Source of the DNA: Nitrospinales bacterium
Lineage (GTDB): Bacteria; Nitrospinota; Nitrospinia; Nitrospinales; VA-1
Reading direction: 5' to 3'
Length of the DNA stretch: 64,000 nucleotides
Assembly: GCA_965262115.1 (NCBI GenBank)
Contig: OZ253496.1
Span: 256,001-320,000 of the forward strand
A program made the translations under genes and the position numbers. The notes under the pieces are model-generated. The model saw only the letters and a program-made list of their open reading frames with translations, did not search any database and had not been told where the DNA came from. Each line of letters opens with the position of its first letter. Position 1 is the stretch's first letter. Of the stretch, positions 51,063-60,897 are shown piece after piece.

Positions 51063-53048
51063 TTACTTTTTCCCAGAAAACATTTCCACATAAGAAGACT
51101 TTAGGTTTTCGACAACGGAAGGGTCTGCTAACGTCGAGATATCCCCAAGTTGATCGGCTTCATTGGCAACTATTTTCCGCAATATGCGCCGCATGATTTT
51201 GCCCGAACGGGTTTTGGGAAGCGCGGGAGCCCAGTGTATGACATCCGGTGTGGCGATAGGCCCGATTTCCTTTCTGACAAACTGCACCAGAGCTTTCTTC
51301 AAGGTATCATCCGGTTGCACTCCATCCATAAGCGACACGTAGGCATAGATCCCCTGGCCTTTTACCTCATGCGGGAATCCAACGACTGCAGCTTCGGCCA
51401 CGGCTTCATGCAGCACAAGAGCGGACTCCACTTCAGCAGTTCCCAGCCTATGCCCACATACGTTGATAACATCATCGACTCTGCCGGTGACCCAGTAATA
51501 ACCATCCTCATCACGACGGCAACCATCACCGGTAAAATAATAGCCCGGGTAAAGTTTGAAATAAGTTTCCTCAAAACGTTCATGGTCGCCATAAACCGTT
51601 CTCATTTGACCCGGCCAGGGTTCGGAAATCGCCAGTACGCCTGCCACTCCGTTGCCTTCAAGTATCTTGCCGGTTTCCGCCTCGATCACCACGGGTTTCA
51701 CGCCAAAAAAAGGCAGGGTTGCCGAGCCTGGTTTTGCCGGAGTGCAACCAGGTAGAGGCGTGATCATAATGCCACCAGTCTCGGTCTGCCACCATGTATC
51801 AACAATAGGGCAACGTCCCCTTCCGATATTTTTGTAATACCACCGCCAAGCTTCCGGGTTGATCGGTTCGCCCACTGAACCCAAAACCCGTAGCGTAGAA
51901 AGATCATACTGAGAGGGCGTATCTTCCCCAAACGACATGAGCGCGCGAATCGCTGTTGGAGCCGTATAAAACTGGGTGACTTTGAGTCTATCCACCACAT
52001 CCCAAAACCTTCCACAATCAGGATAGGTAGGGATGCCTTCAAACATGACCGTTGTTGCGCCATTGGCCAGTGGACCATAAACGATATAAGAGTGGCCCGT
52101 GACCCAGCCGATGTCGGCTGTGCACCACCAGATATCACCGTCCTGATAATCAAAAATATATTTATGGGTCAGCGCGGTGTAGACCATGTAACCGCCGGCA
52201 CTATGTTGAACCCCCTTGGGTTTCCCCGTTGAGCCGGAAGTATAGAGAATAAACAGAGGATCTTCCGCCGACATGACTTCCGCATCACAAACAGGGTCGG
52301 CATTTTTCATTTCTTCATGCCACCAGGTGTCCCGGCCCGACTGCATTTCAACAGCAACCTTGTCGCCCACCCGCTGAGACACAATGCAGGCTTTGATCAC
52401 AACTCCATCCTTTGCAGCCCGCTCCATGGCTTCATCGGCATTGGTTTTTAAAGGTACCGGTTTGGCGCCACGAAATCCTCCATCGGTGGTGATGAGAACC
52501 GTGCAGGCCGAGTCCACAATCCGATCTGCCAAAGCGGTGGGAGAAAACCCGCCAAAAACGATGGAATGAATCGCTCCTACCCTTGCGCAAGCCAGCATTG
52601 CAATCACCAACTCCACCACCATGGGCATATAAATAGAAATCCGGTCGCCCTTTTTCACCCCATGACTTTTCAGAACATTGGCAAATTTGCAAACCTCTTC
52701 ATGGAGTTGGCGGTAGGTCAAACGAAGATTTTCACCGGGTTCGTTCCCTTCCCATAATATGGCGGTCTGGTCACCCCGTTTTTCCAGATGACGATCCAGG
52801 CAATTGACCGTTATATTGGTTTTTGCCCCCTTGAACCATTCGATGCGTATCTTGCCGTTACGGACATCATAGTTGTAGTCACGCACCTGATCCCATTTCT
52901 CAAACCAGGTGAACTTTTCAGCCTCATCGGCCCAAAATTTTTCCGGATCACTGATGGAGCGCTCATACATTTCTCGGTATTGATCCATATTTTGGATCAA
53001 TGCCTTGGCGGAAACGGATTCAGAGGGATGGTAAATTTCCTCACTCAT
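51063..53048 (-). CDS. acs: Acetate--CoA ligase
   Basis: [32 protein letters not shown]. Confidence 0.97.
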   Translation of the reverse strand: MSEEIYHPSESVSAKALIQNMDQYREMYERSISDPEKFWADEAEKFTWFEKWDQVRDYNYDVRNGKIRIEWFKGAKTNITVNCLDRHLEKRGDQTAILWEGNEPGENLRLTYRQLHEEVCKFANVLKSHGVKKGDRISIYMPMVVELVIAMLACARVGAIHSIVFGGFSPTALADRIVDSACTVLITTDGGFRGAKPVPLKTNADEAMERAAKDGVVIKACIVSQRVGDKVAVEMQSGRDTWWHEEMKNADPVCDAEVMSAEDPLFILYTSGSTGKPKGVQHSAGGYMVYTALTHKYIFDYQDGDIWWCTADIGWVTGHSYIVYGPLANGATTVMFEGIPTYPDCGRFWDVVDRLKVTQFYTAPTAIRALMSFGEDTPSQYDLSTLRVLGSVGEPINPEAWRWYYKNIGRGRCPIVDTWWQTETGGIMITPLPGCTPAKPGSATLPFFGVKPVVIEAETGKILEGNGVAGVLAISEPWPGQMRTVYGDHERFEETYFKLYPGYYFTGDGCRRDEDGYYWVTGRVDDVINVCGHRLGTAEVESALVLHEAVAEAAVVGFPHEVKGQGIYAYVSLMDGVQPDDTLKKALVQFVRKEIGPIATPDVIHWAPALPKTRSGKIMRRILRKIVANEADQLGDISTLADPSVVENLKSSYVEMFSGKK

Positions 53049-53084
53049 AATATTTCTCCAACCAAACCTTTACGGTGTGTATTT

Positions 53085-53516
53085 TTAGAGAGACCGGACA
53101 GCCCTGGCCGCTTCGGTCAGGGTCCAAAGCCCATCAGGCTGACTAAACTCTCCATCGCGGATATTAAGTATAAATACCCGCATACGGCCAGACACCTGTT
53201 GTGCGATCATGGAAAATCCTCCACCCGAGGCGAATTGATCGCTGATATGAATAGTTTTGCCAAACTGATCCTTATTTTCAAAGCTTTTATCAAACAGGGT
53301 CGACATTTCTTCTCTTCCCGGGAGTCTCCAGTCATCATACCCGGCAAATTTATTTTCGTTCATCTCCCGCACATAATCGGCGCTGTCCTGATAATTGACC
53401 CATTTTTTCAGATCAGTCATAGAATCGGTCTTGCACCACATCAGGTTATGCGCTTTGGAGGTGACGGTGCCATCTCCATTATCAACAAAAATATTTTCTA
53501 CGTTATCGGAACTCAT
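53085..53516 (-). CDS. DUF1566 (Lcl) domain protein
   Basis: FVDNGDGTV...LMW, GYDDWRLP, RAVR. Confidence 0.88.
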   Translation of the reverse strand: MSSDNVENIFVDNGDGTVTSKAHNLMWCKTDSMTDLKKWVNYQDSADYVREMNENKFAGYDDWRLPGREEMSTLFDKSFENKDQFGKTIHISDQFASGGGFSMIAQQVSGRMRVFILNIRDGEFSQPDGLWTLTEAARAVRSL

Positions 53517-53560
53517 AATGTTATAAAACTCGACCTGGGTTTAAAAATTAAGATAAAATA

Positions 53561-53680
53561 CCGGCGTAGCCGTCGGGAGCAAATAACAATGGCTTTGTTT
53601 TGTTGATCTGAGATAACTCTTTCTCCCCTGTAAAAGCTATTGCAAATGGTAGCCAGCGTCACGCTGGCCACGGCTAGTGG
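53561..53680 (+). repeat. Mosaic intergenic repeat copy
   Basis: GCAAATAACAATGGCT...GAGATAACTCTTT...AAAAGCTATTGCA, GCCAGCGTCACGCTGGC hairpin, CCACGGCTAGTGG. Confidence 0.8.
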
Positions 53681-53690
53681 AAAATTTAAC

Positions 53691-54089
53691 ATGTCTCAAA
53701 CTCCACCACCACAGAAAAAAGTTTTACTGACCCATCTCGACTGGAACCTGCAAAGGTTGGATGAAGCCTTGAAACAGGAAAGCACCGATTATTTCAAGAG
53801 TGCCGCGCTGCAACGGTTTGGCCATACTTTTACCATGGCCATGAAGAGCATTCGGGGGTTTGGCGATTCCCAAGAGGAAACCAGGGAACCCGGTGATGAG
53901 CAGTGCATTGAATTGGCCACGCAAAACGGCTGGGCGAAAAACCAACCCGAATGGCAGGAAATGTTCGCGGACTATCAACGCATCAATCAAAAGCCCAATG
54001 AGCAGGAGACAGAAGCCCTCTATCAAAAACTACCGCGCTACCAGCAAGCTTTCAAAAGTCTATATTCGCAACTGGAAAACCTAGTCTAG
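53691..54089 (+). CDS. HI0074-like nucleotidyltransferase substrate-binding (HEPN) protein, degenerate
   Basis: LQRFGHTFTMAMKSIR resembles the family motif IQRFEYTFELAWK; W..M..D; Rx4-6H absent. Confidence 0.65.
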   Translation: MSQTPPPQKKVLLTHLDWNLQRLDEALKQESTDYFKSAALQRFGHTFTMAMKSIRGFGDSQEETREPGDEQCIELATQNGWAKNQPEWQEMFADYQRINQKPNEQETEALYQKLPRYQQAFKSLYSQLENLV

Positions 54090-54626
54090 TATTTCCCTCA
54101 ATTCATCCAACGCCATTTTTCTATGGGAAATGGCGTTTTTCTGTTTGGAAGACATTTCTCCATAGGTCTGCTCATAACCTTCCGGGATAAAAATTACATC
54201 CCAGCCAAAACCATTTCCTCCCCGGATGCTGTTTGCCAAAGTTCCGCTCACTTCACCCCTGGCAATCTTCATATTTTGTCCGTCATAAACAGCAAAACAG
54301 CATACTGCCGTTGCACCCCGGTCATCAAAGTCGTTGAGCATCTTCAACATGCCCTGACAACCGACTGTTTCTTCAAACCATTTCACCAAGGCGCCGGGCA
54401 ACCCGTTCCAGGCATGGAACAATAGCCCCGAGTCCTCCACCATCACCGGGCACTGTAATGCTGAGTACGCTTGTCGGGCTTTGTGTCGAACCACTACATC
54501 CAGATCCGGGGACTGGATTTCAAAGAGACCGTCAACCTGAATCGGTTCAAGAGCAAGGCTAAGGATTTCTCCCGCTTCCCGAACCTTATCAGGATTTCCC
54601 GTCACAAATTTGAATTGACTCAACAT
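54081..54626 (-). CDS. rdgB: Non-canonical purine NTP pyrophosphatase (RdgB/HAM1)
   Basis: TGNPDK, EDSGL, GLPG, GFGWD..F, KNAISHR. Confidence 0.93.
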   Translation of the reverse strand: MLSQFKFVTGNPDKVREAGEILSLALEPIQVDGLFEIQSPDLDVVVRHKARQAYSALQCPVMVEDSGLLFHAWNGLPGALVKWFEETVGCQGMLKMLNDFDDRGATAVCCFAVYDGQNMKIARGEVSGTLANSIRGGNGFGWDVIFIPEGYEQTYGEMSSKQKNAISHRKMALDELREILD

Positions 54627-54713
54627 GAAGACCGTCCCTGCCCTTGTCCGGCATGGTATCCTGTGTTATACATTGACCTTTTCCCTTAGACCAACATATT
54701 CAAACAATTAAAA

Positions 54714-55478
54714 TTGATGAAACAACTTTTCACTTATTCATTTTTTCTCGTTTTTCTCACTTCATGCGGCCAGATTTTTGAGGTGGACGCAGATGTACAG
54801 GCCCGGCAAGCTCTGTGGGACTTGATGGAAATACAGGATAAGTTTTATCAGGAAAACCAGCGATATGCTACCGGCCATGTGGAAATAGAAAAATACAATC
54901 TGAAATACCATTCCGGCATCGTCTACCTTGAAATAGAGTCGGCGGGAAAAGATAAATACAGGGCCGTTTCCCTTCCTGCCGAATCGACCACCGCGAGGGT
55001 ATTCGCTTATGACAGCGATCAGGGAGGGTTTTATGAAATGGCCGAGGACGAGGTTTCACGATATGTTCTGGGAGCATTGCGACATATTCGCGAGGAAAAA
55101 CATAAAAAAGATTTAAACGAACTGACCGGCTGGATATTAATGGGAGGAATGGCGTTTCTGGGACTGCGCTTTTTTGCCCGCCATCGATCCCAAGAAAATA
55201 ATACCGCTATCTGGGCTTATATCTTATGTTTGCCGGCTATGGGATGGGCCGTCGCCCTTCTGGGAAACATCGAAGTCGATGTGGTGTTCACCAGCACTAT
55301 AGCCCAGGCCACCTGGGTAGGCATGGCAATGGCCTTATTGGCTTTGGCACTGGGAAGTAGCTGGTTGATGAAAAATAAAAAACCCCCTACCCCCTTGATT
55401 AGCTTGCTGGTATGCACACTGCTCATATCCCTGTTGAGCGCTGGAGTTATGGGGTATATGCTCAAAACCTTCAGCTGA
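54714..55478 (+). CDS. Hypothetical membrane lipoprotein
   Basis: Lipobox LTSC, soluble domain, four C-terminal TM helices. Confidence 0.75.
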   Translation: MMKQLFTYSFFLVFLTSCGQIFEVDADVQARQALWDLMEIQDKFYQENQRYATGHVEIEKYNLKYHSGIVYLEIESAGKDKYRAVSLPAESTTARVFAYDSDQGGFYEMAEDEVSRYVLGALRHIREEKHKKDLNELTGWILMGGMAFLGLRFFARHRSQENNTAIWAYILCLPAMGWAVALLGNIEVDVVFTSTIAQATWVGMAMALLALALGSSWLMKNKKPPTPLISLLVCTLLISLLSAGVMGYMLKTFS

Positions 55479-55561
55479 AAAATCAGCCCAGGCGAACGGT
55501 AAGAATGTGAAGAGTTTCTGATTCACTCACCCATTGGGACCGAAGGGTAAAACTCTGACCA

Positions 55562-55948
55562 TCATGGGTGTTGGAAATTTTTGCTGTCCAGATCCTCCAG
55601 AAAATCAAACCCGGAACGAACTGCCGCTTGAACAGCAGGTTTTTCACCCAAAACTTTAAACAGAGTTCCCCATTCAGATTGCTCTCGCTTTTGAATGGAG
55701 AACTCCTGATCACCAATCTTAGCCCTGTAGTAGGTTTCCAGTTTTTCAAAAGCCTGGTTGATTTCTTTCAATCGGATGTCACCCGATTGGGTGTCAGCCT
55801 TTTCCGGATTGATGTCGGGATGAAATTGCCGGGCAAGAGAGTGATAGGATTTCCGTACCCTGAGCCACTCTTCCCCAGGGGATACGTTGAAAATTTTATA
55901 GCGCTCGGCGATTTGCATAAGATACCCTATTTTCAGGTTTTGTGCCAA
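55562..55948 (-). CDS. J-domain protein, possibly truncated
   Basis: VRKSYHSLARQFHPDIN...LKEINQAFEKL. Confidence 0.75.
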   Translation of the reverse strand: MAQNLKIGYLMQIAERYKIFNVSPGEEWLRVRKSYHSLARQFHPDINPEKADTQSGDIRLKEINQAFEKLETYYRAKIGDQEFSIQKREQSEWGTLFKVLGEKPAVQAAVRSGFDFLEDLDSKNFQHP

Positions 55949-56190
55949 ACCCTAAAATATTAATGACGCCTTAAATATCAAGAAGATATAAAAATATCCT
56001 CTTTTAGAGGCTGTTGCAACCAGGAAAAATCTACCGGAGCCTCTAAAAATTTATAGTTTATTATTTTTCAATGGGTTATATTGGCTACTATTAAAATTGT
56101 TTGATCGGGCCATGAGCTTTAGACTGGCAGTAATTTCCCCGACAATTTAACATCAATTAAAGTTTTGAAGCTTTTCCTGTTTGCGCGAAG

Positions 56191-57264
56191 ATGAATCCCT
56201 CTCACAAATTAAACACACAAAACTTCTTTGGCACCTCGGAAACCGCGCTCAGAGAACTTTTTTCTGATTTGGGTATTGAAGCCTACCGAGCTCACCAGGT
56301 TTTCACCTGGGTCTATCATTATCATTGCCGGGATTTTAATGAGATGAGCAATCTTTCTAAATCTTTGCGGTCCCAGTTGGCAGAGCATTTTCATTTCTCA
56401 CTCCCCAAAATTCAAAACCGAACCCACTCCAAGGACGGGTCGATCAAATATTTATTGGAAATGAATGATGGAGCGGTGGTGGAAAGTGTCTGGATGCCTT
56501 CGGAATCCAGAAAAACTTTATGCCTTTCCACGCAGGTGGGTTGTCGTCTGAATTGCTCGTTCTGTTTAACGGCAAGCCTGGGACTGAAAAGAAATTTAAC
56601 AGCCGGTGAAATCATCGGCCAACACATCGCCATCAATCAGGAACTCAAAGAGAAAGACCAGATCACCAACATTGTTTTTATGGGAATGGGCGAACCCCTG
56701 GACAACTATGGGCCGTTTGTCGATGCATTGCGTCTCATGATCTCCCCGGAAGCCATGAAAATTTCAACAAGAAAGGTCACCGTTTCCACATCAGGACTGG
56801 TTGAAAAAATGAAAACGTTTCAAGAGGAAAACCTGCCGATAAACCTGGCTATTTCTCTCAACGCTTCCGACAATGCCACCCGCGACCGGTTGATGCCTAT
56901 CAATAAAAAATACTCCATTGAAGTCTTAATGGATTGCCTTAAAAAATATCCTTTAAAACCGCAAAGGAGGCATACCATCGAATATGTCCTGCTCGCAGGC
57001 ATCAATGATTCGGATGAAGATGCGCAGAGGCTGGCAAAATGGTTGAGGGATGTTCCCTGCAAGATCAACCTGATTCCTTTTAACGGTTTTGATCCGTCTG
57101 AATACAGGCCTCCCACCGAACAGAGAATTTTGAAGTTTCAAAATTATTTGATCGAGCAGAATTTTTCTGCCTTTATAAGACAAAACCGGGCCACGGACAT
57201 ACTCGGTGCCTGTGGGCAACTCGCGGCCAGCGTGACGCTGGACCCAATAATCAATGGCCCATAA
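56191..57264 (+). CDS. rlmN: 23S rRNA A2503 methyltransferase RlmN
   Basis: CLSTQVGCRLNCSFC, FMGMGEPL, INLIPFN, GACGQL. Confidence 0.97.
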   Translation: MNPSHKLNTQNFFGTSETALRELFSDLGIEAYRAHQVFTWVYHYHCRDFNEMSNLSKSLRSQLAEHFHFSLPKIQNRTHSKDGSIKYLLEMNDGAVVESVWMPSESRKTLCLSTQVGCRLNCSFCLTASLGLKRNLTAGEIIGQHIAINQELKEKDQITNIVFMGMGEPLDNYGPFVDALRLMISPEAMKISTRKVTVSTSGLVEKMKTFQEENLPINLAISLNASDNATRDRLMPINKKYSIEVLMDCLKKYPLKPQRRHTIEYVLLAGINDSDEDAQRLAKWLRDVPCKINLIPFNGFDPSEYRPPTEQRILKFQNYLIEQNFSAFIRQNRATDILGACGQLAASVTLDPIINGP

Positions 57265-57330
57265 AGCCGAGATAACTCTTTGCTAGCCAGCAAAAGCTAT
57301 TGTTCATTCTCCCCGGGCGTTGCCTGGCTT
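57226..57330 (+). repeat. Mosaic repeat copy overlapping the rlmN 3' end
   Basis: GCCAGCGTGACGCTGG hairpin, CAATGGCCC, AGCCGAGATAACTCTTTGCTAGCCAGCAAAAGCTATTG. Confidence 0.85.
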
Positions 57331-57341
57331 TGCAAGACTCC

Positions 57342-58073
57342 ATGAATAATCCTGATTCCCAAAACCCCGAACTATCAATTATTATCCCTGTTTACAATGA
57401 GAGGGACAACCTGATCCCCCTTGAAGATAAGCTCGAGACAGAACTTGCAAAACTCAACCTGAGTTATGAAATCATTCTCATTGATGATGGAAGTGGCGAT
57501 GGCAGCGCTCATTTGATCAAATCCATGCAGAAACACAATCCACGTATCAGGCTTATCCAGTTCGGTCATAACCATGGGCAGTCAGCGGCATTCGCGGCCG
57601 GATTCAAAGCGGCGCAGGGGGAAATTTTCGTCACGCTTGATGCTGATTTGCAGAACAACCCCGCCGACATCCCCCTGCTTCTTGAGAAGATGCAGGACTA
57701 TGATGTGGTGTGCGGGTGGCGCCATAAGAGGAATGATCCGTGGATCAAAAGGGTTTCCTCAAAAATAGGCAATGCAGTGCGGAATAAATTGAGTGAAGAG
57801 GAAATTGCCGATACCGGATGCTCCCTGAAAGCATTTCGCCGGGAGTGCTTCGACAATGTTAAGTTTTTTAAAGGAATGCACCGGTTTTTCCCCACCTTAA
57901 TGAAAATGGAAGGGTTCCGTGTCACCCAGGTCAAAGTCAGCCATCATCCCCGGCTTCATGGGGAGTCAAAATATAATATTCGAAACCGTTTGCTTTCTTC
58001 TTTTCAGGATTTGCTGGCCATCCGCTGGATGAAAAAGCGACAGATTAACTATGATATTATCAGGGAGGATTAA
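57342..58073 (+). CDS. Glycosyltransferase family 2 (ArnC/polyprenol-phosphate type)
   Basis: IIPVYNE, DDGS.D, NHGQSAA, TLDADLQN, HRFFP. Confidence 0.92.
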   Translation: MNNPDSQNPELSIIIPVYNERDNLIPLEDKLETELAKLNLSYEIILIDDGSGDGSAHLIKSMQKHNPRIRLIQFGHNHGQSAAFAAGFKAAQGEIFVTLDADLQNNPADIPLLLEKMQDYDVVCGWRHKRNDPWIKRVSSKIGNAVRNKLSEEEIADTGCSLKAFRRECFDNVKFFKGMHRFFPTLMKMEGFRVTQVKVSHHPRLHGESKYNIRNRLLSSFQDLLAIRWMKKRQINYDIIRED

Positions 58074-58364
58074 ATGACAACAAACCAATGGTTGATCGTT
58101 GGATTTGTAGGGCAAGCCTTTTTTGGCGCCCGTTTTATTATCCAGTGGATTGTTTCCGAAAGAAAAGGCGAAAGCACTATCCCCCTTGCCTTCTGGTATT
58201 GCAGCATTGGGGGCGCAATGGTGCTTTTAACATATGCCATTCACAGGCAGGACCCAGTATTCATTGTTGGACAAAGCTTGGGAAGCATTGTCTATATCCG
58301 CAACCTGATACTGATAGACCGCAAAAGAAAATCCCTGGCGTCAATGGGAGTTGATAATGAGTAA
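58074..58364 (+). CDS. Lipid-A-disaccharide synthase N-terminal (LAB_N) domain protein
   Basis: GFVGQAFFGARFIIQW..SE, FW..S, DPVFIVGQ, YIRNL. Confidence 0.9.
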   Translation: MTTNQWLIVGFVGQAFFGARFIIQWIVSERKGESTIPLAFWYCSIGGAMVLLTYAIHRQDPVFIVGQSLGSIVYIRNLILIDRKRKSLASMGVDNE

Positions 58365-58558
58365 CTGAAAAATTAGAATCGGCGGCCTGGTTCTCATGAT
58401 ACTGGGCGGATTTCTTTTTGTCTGGTCAGTGAAGTATATTCAGGCCGAATGACCGCAAATATTTATCGGTTTGCTCTCTGTGTTCAGCACAGCCATGGGG
58501 TTTGCCCTTCTCAATTACGCCGTTGGATTTACATGAGGATGGCCCCACACCGGATTGA
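58357..58558 (+). pseudogene. Small two-TM protein pseudogene
   Basis: MSN*KIRIGGLVLMILGGFLFVWSVKYIQAE*PQIFIGLLSVFSTAMGFALL...; two in-frame TGA codons and a probable late frameshift. Confidence 0.55.
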
Positions 58559-58798
58559 CCCCTCAGTTTTGTTTTTAAACCCCTCACAAATCACCTTGTT
58601 TTTTCTGCCAAAAAAGTAAGACAAGCCTTTATTTAGCAACAGTTTTGAAAGTCCTTGACTTTGCCCAACCCGTATGATATTTCTCTACCTTCTTTAAGTC
58701 CTTTTAACCTCAGAAACAGGTTGAAAGTTTTGAAGAATTGAGGTTTTCCATAGTTGGGAAACGGGTACTTACCGCCTTCTTCTAGCCATTCATTATAA

Positions 58799-60874
58799 GT
58801 GATGATGAAACAAGCTCAAAGTCCTTTTAAAAGGGCCTTTTTTAAAACGCTTATCTGCCTGCTTTTTATCTATATGTCGGGGCATTTGACCCCTTTCCTT
58901 CCTGTTTCTTCTAATTCCATTTTTACGAATCTGAGTTTTCAGACTCTGGCATACGCCCAAGATGATGAGGATGATGAAGAGGACGAGGATGATGAAGATG
59001 AAGACGAGGATGAAGAGGGAGAAGCCGAGGAAGAAGACCTCTCATACTTAACAGATATCGGACCGGCCGCAGACCACGAGTTTGAAGAATTCTCGTTCCT
59101 GGGCATGAGCAACCGCAAGTTCACCTGGGCAGCGGCTCAGCTTCATATACTATTCGCCTCATTCATTCTAGGGTGCCCCATGTTCGTGGTCATCATGGAG
59201 GTTATGGGTGCCCGACGGACACAGGGGGTTCGTAAAGCGATTATCCTCTCAAACGTGTTTCTAGCGGTTCTTATAGGCGTCGTCATAGGGATCACAGGCG
59301 AAATCATAATCGGGATCCATCACGGTGTCTTGTATGGATTATGGGCCTGCGCATTCGGGGCTCTAATAGTCAGTTTCCTGAATTATTTCCACCGTTTGAT
59401 GAATATCCGGGCATCCGCCTTTGTCGGAGCAGTGTTTGGAGCCCTGATCGCCATGCCACTGACACCGGTCGAGCATTACGAAGTTTCCGCAATTATTCTT
59501 GCTTTGATTAATGGTGCCGTCGGCGGCTTGCTCTCCAACGGCATCATGTTTGCCCAGGCAGATTTTAAATTTGAGCGTCTGGCCCATGAGATCACTAAGG
59601 TAATTGGCATTTGTTACAGTTTTACCGCGCTGACGGGAGGTCTCTTCCTCTTTGTCATGCTGGTGGCCTATAAAGACTTCATCACCTATCTTATATCCTC
59701 GTTTCCCATGCTTTTCATGGTGGCTTACCCCACCCTGTTTATTTTGGAAACGGTAATCATGTACATCTATGTCTACTCATGGGACCCACTCAACAAGGCC
59801 AATAAAAAGGGACGGCATATTGTTACGGGCATAATGCTGAATGTCTTTGGTCTCACACTTCTGATGGCCCTGGATGGACCTGCAACCTTTATGCAGGCCC
59901 CGACAAAACCCCTTGCTGATCTGCTCACTATGGGGGAGTGGGATAGAATTACCACTTCGATTTGGATGCCCCTGAACTATCACCGGCTAGTGGGCAACGG
60001 AACCTTTGGCGGTTATATGGTTTGTATCATCGGTGCATATATGTACCTGTGGTCCGACAAAAAGGAAGAGCGGGAATATTATGACTGGGTCGGTTATATC
60101 GGCAACCTCATCGGCGTTGCCATCATGATTCCCCTGCCGGCAATGGGTTACATTTTTGTCGCCGAAATTTACCGATATGACGCCACCATTGGTATGTACA
60201 TCATGTCCGACCGGGAATCCATGTTCATGTTGGTGCAAGGGCTTTTGGTAGGAACCATGTTCAGCGCCAGTAATATTTATATGTGGGTCAGTATGAAGCG
60301 GATTGAACACGCTGAGAGATTTTTCCCGGCCATGAAATTCGGCTTCATATTGATTGTTATTTCTGCCACAATCTGGTTCACTCCCAGACGGTTTTTCGCC
60401 ACCATGCTGCCTGAACCTGGCATGGATCCAAATATGGTTTTGCCGGATAATTTGGCCTTCCTGGCTTTGATGGTTTCCAAGAATACGGCGGCGTTCTGTT
60501 TGGTGACCGTCACTTTCATCAACTATATTTTCTATACTATCGCCACCAAAACCGGAAAAGTGCATTATGGCAAGATCAATCCGCTCGGACCTTACGTTCT
60601 TATTTTCCTCGGATTCTCCGACATCTGGTTGATGAGCTGGATGGGGACCATTCGGGAACTGTCGCGGATGAATTGGCATATTTACAAAGTGTTCAAGGAT
60701 GTAACCCCGGAAAAATTTGCGCCGAGCCTGGCTGAGTCAGGCTTTCACGTTACAATGATTGTTTGGCTCTTTTTCATCCTGATGACAGCCATCATCTGGA
60801 TTGGAATCAAATATCCAAAAACCAAGAAGAAAGAAATCGAGCCAACGCAGGCATCACCGCAAATGGCAGAATAA
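58799..60874 (+). CDS. Cytochrome bd-like oxidase subunit I (CydA-like) with polyacidic N-terminal tract
   Basis: QLHILFASF (CydA His19-like), NYHRLVGN (His186-like), RELSRMNW (EVGRQPW-like); many TM helices. Confidence 0.8.
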   Translation: MMMKQAQSPFKRAFFKTLICLLFIYMSGHLTPFLPVSSNSIFTNLSFQTLAYAQDDEDDEEDEDDEDEDEDEEGEAEEEDLSYLTDIGPAADHEFEEFSFLGMSNRKFTWAAAQLHILFASFILGCPMFVVIMEVMGARRTQGVRKAIILSNVFLAVLIGVVIGITGEIIIGIHHGVLYGLWACAFGALIVSFLNYFHRLMNIRASAFVGAVFGALIAMPLTPVEHYEVSAIILALINGAVGGLLSNGIMFAQADFKFERLAHEITKVIGICYSFTALTGGLFLFVMLVAYKDFITYLISSFPMLFMVAYPTLFILETVIMYIYVYSWDPLNKANKKGRHIVTGIMLNVFGLTLLMALDGPATFMQAPTKPLADLLTMGEWDRITTSIWMPLNYHRLVGNGTFGGYMVCIIGAYMYLWSDKKEEREYYDWVGYIGNLIGVAIMIPLPAMGYIFVAEIYRYDATIGMYIMSDRESMFMLVQGLLVGTMFSASNIYMWVSMKRIEHAERFFPAMKFGFILIVISATIWFTPRRFFATMLPEPGMDPNMVLPDNLAFLALMVSKNTAAFCLVTVTFINYIFYTIATKTGKVHYGKINPLGPYVLIFLGFSDIWLMSWMGTIRELSRMNWHIYKVFKDVTPEKFAPSLAESGFHVTMIVWLFFILMTAIIWIGIKYPKTKKKEIEPTQASPQMAE

Positions 60875-60897
60875 GTTTTTTCAGGAGCAAATGAATA

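Noticed and set aside
52788..53606. Long antisense ORFs (also 909-1316, 14499-14948, 51150-51755, 59987-60679)
   Set aside because: Shadows of well-supported genes or pseudogenes on the opposite strand, with no recognisable motifs.
1363..58452. TGA recoded as Trp (alternative genetic code)
   Set aside because: Intact genes such as thrH, typA and fbp end in TGA. In-frame TGAs occur only in genes that also show frameshifts.
58960..59040. GAT/GAA/GAG-rich microsatellite
   Set aside because: Mixed synonymous codons encoding a polyacidic tract, not a DNA-level tandem repeat.
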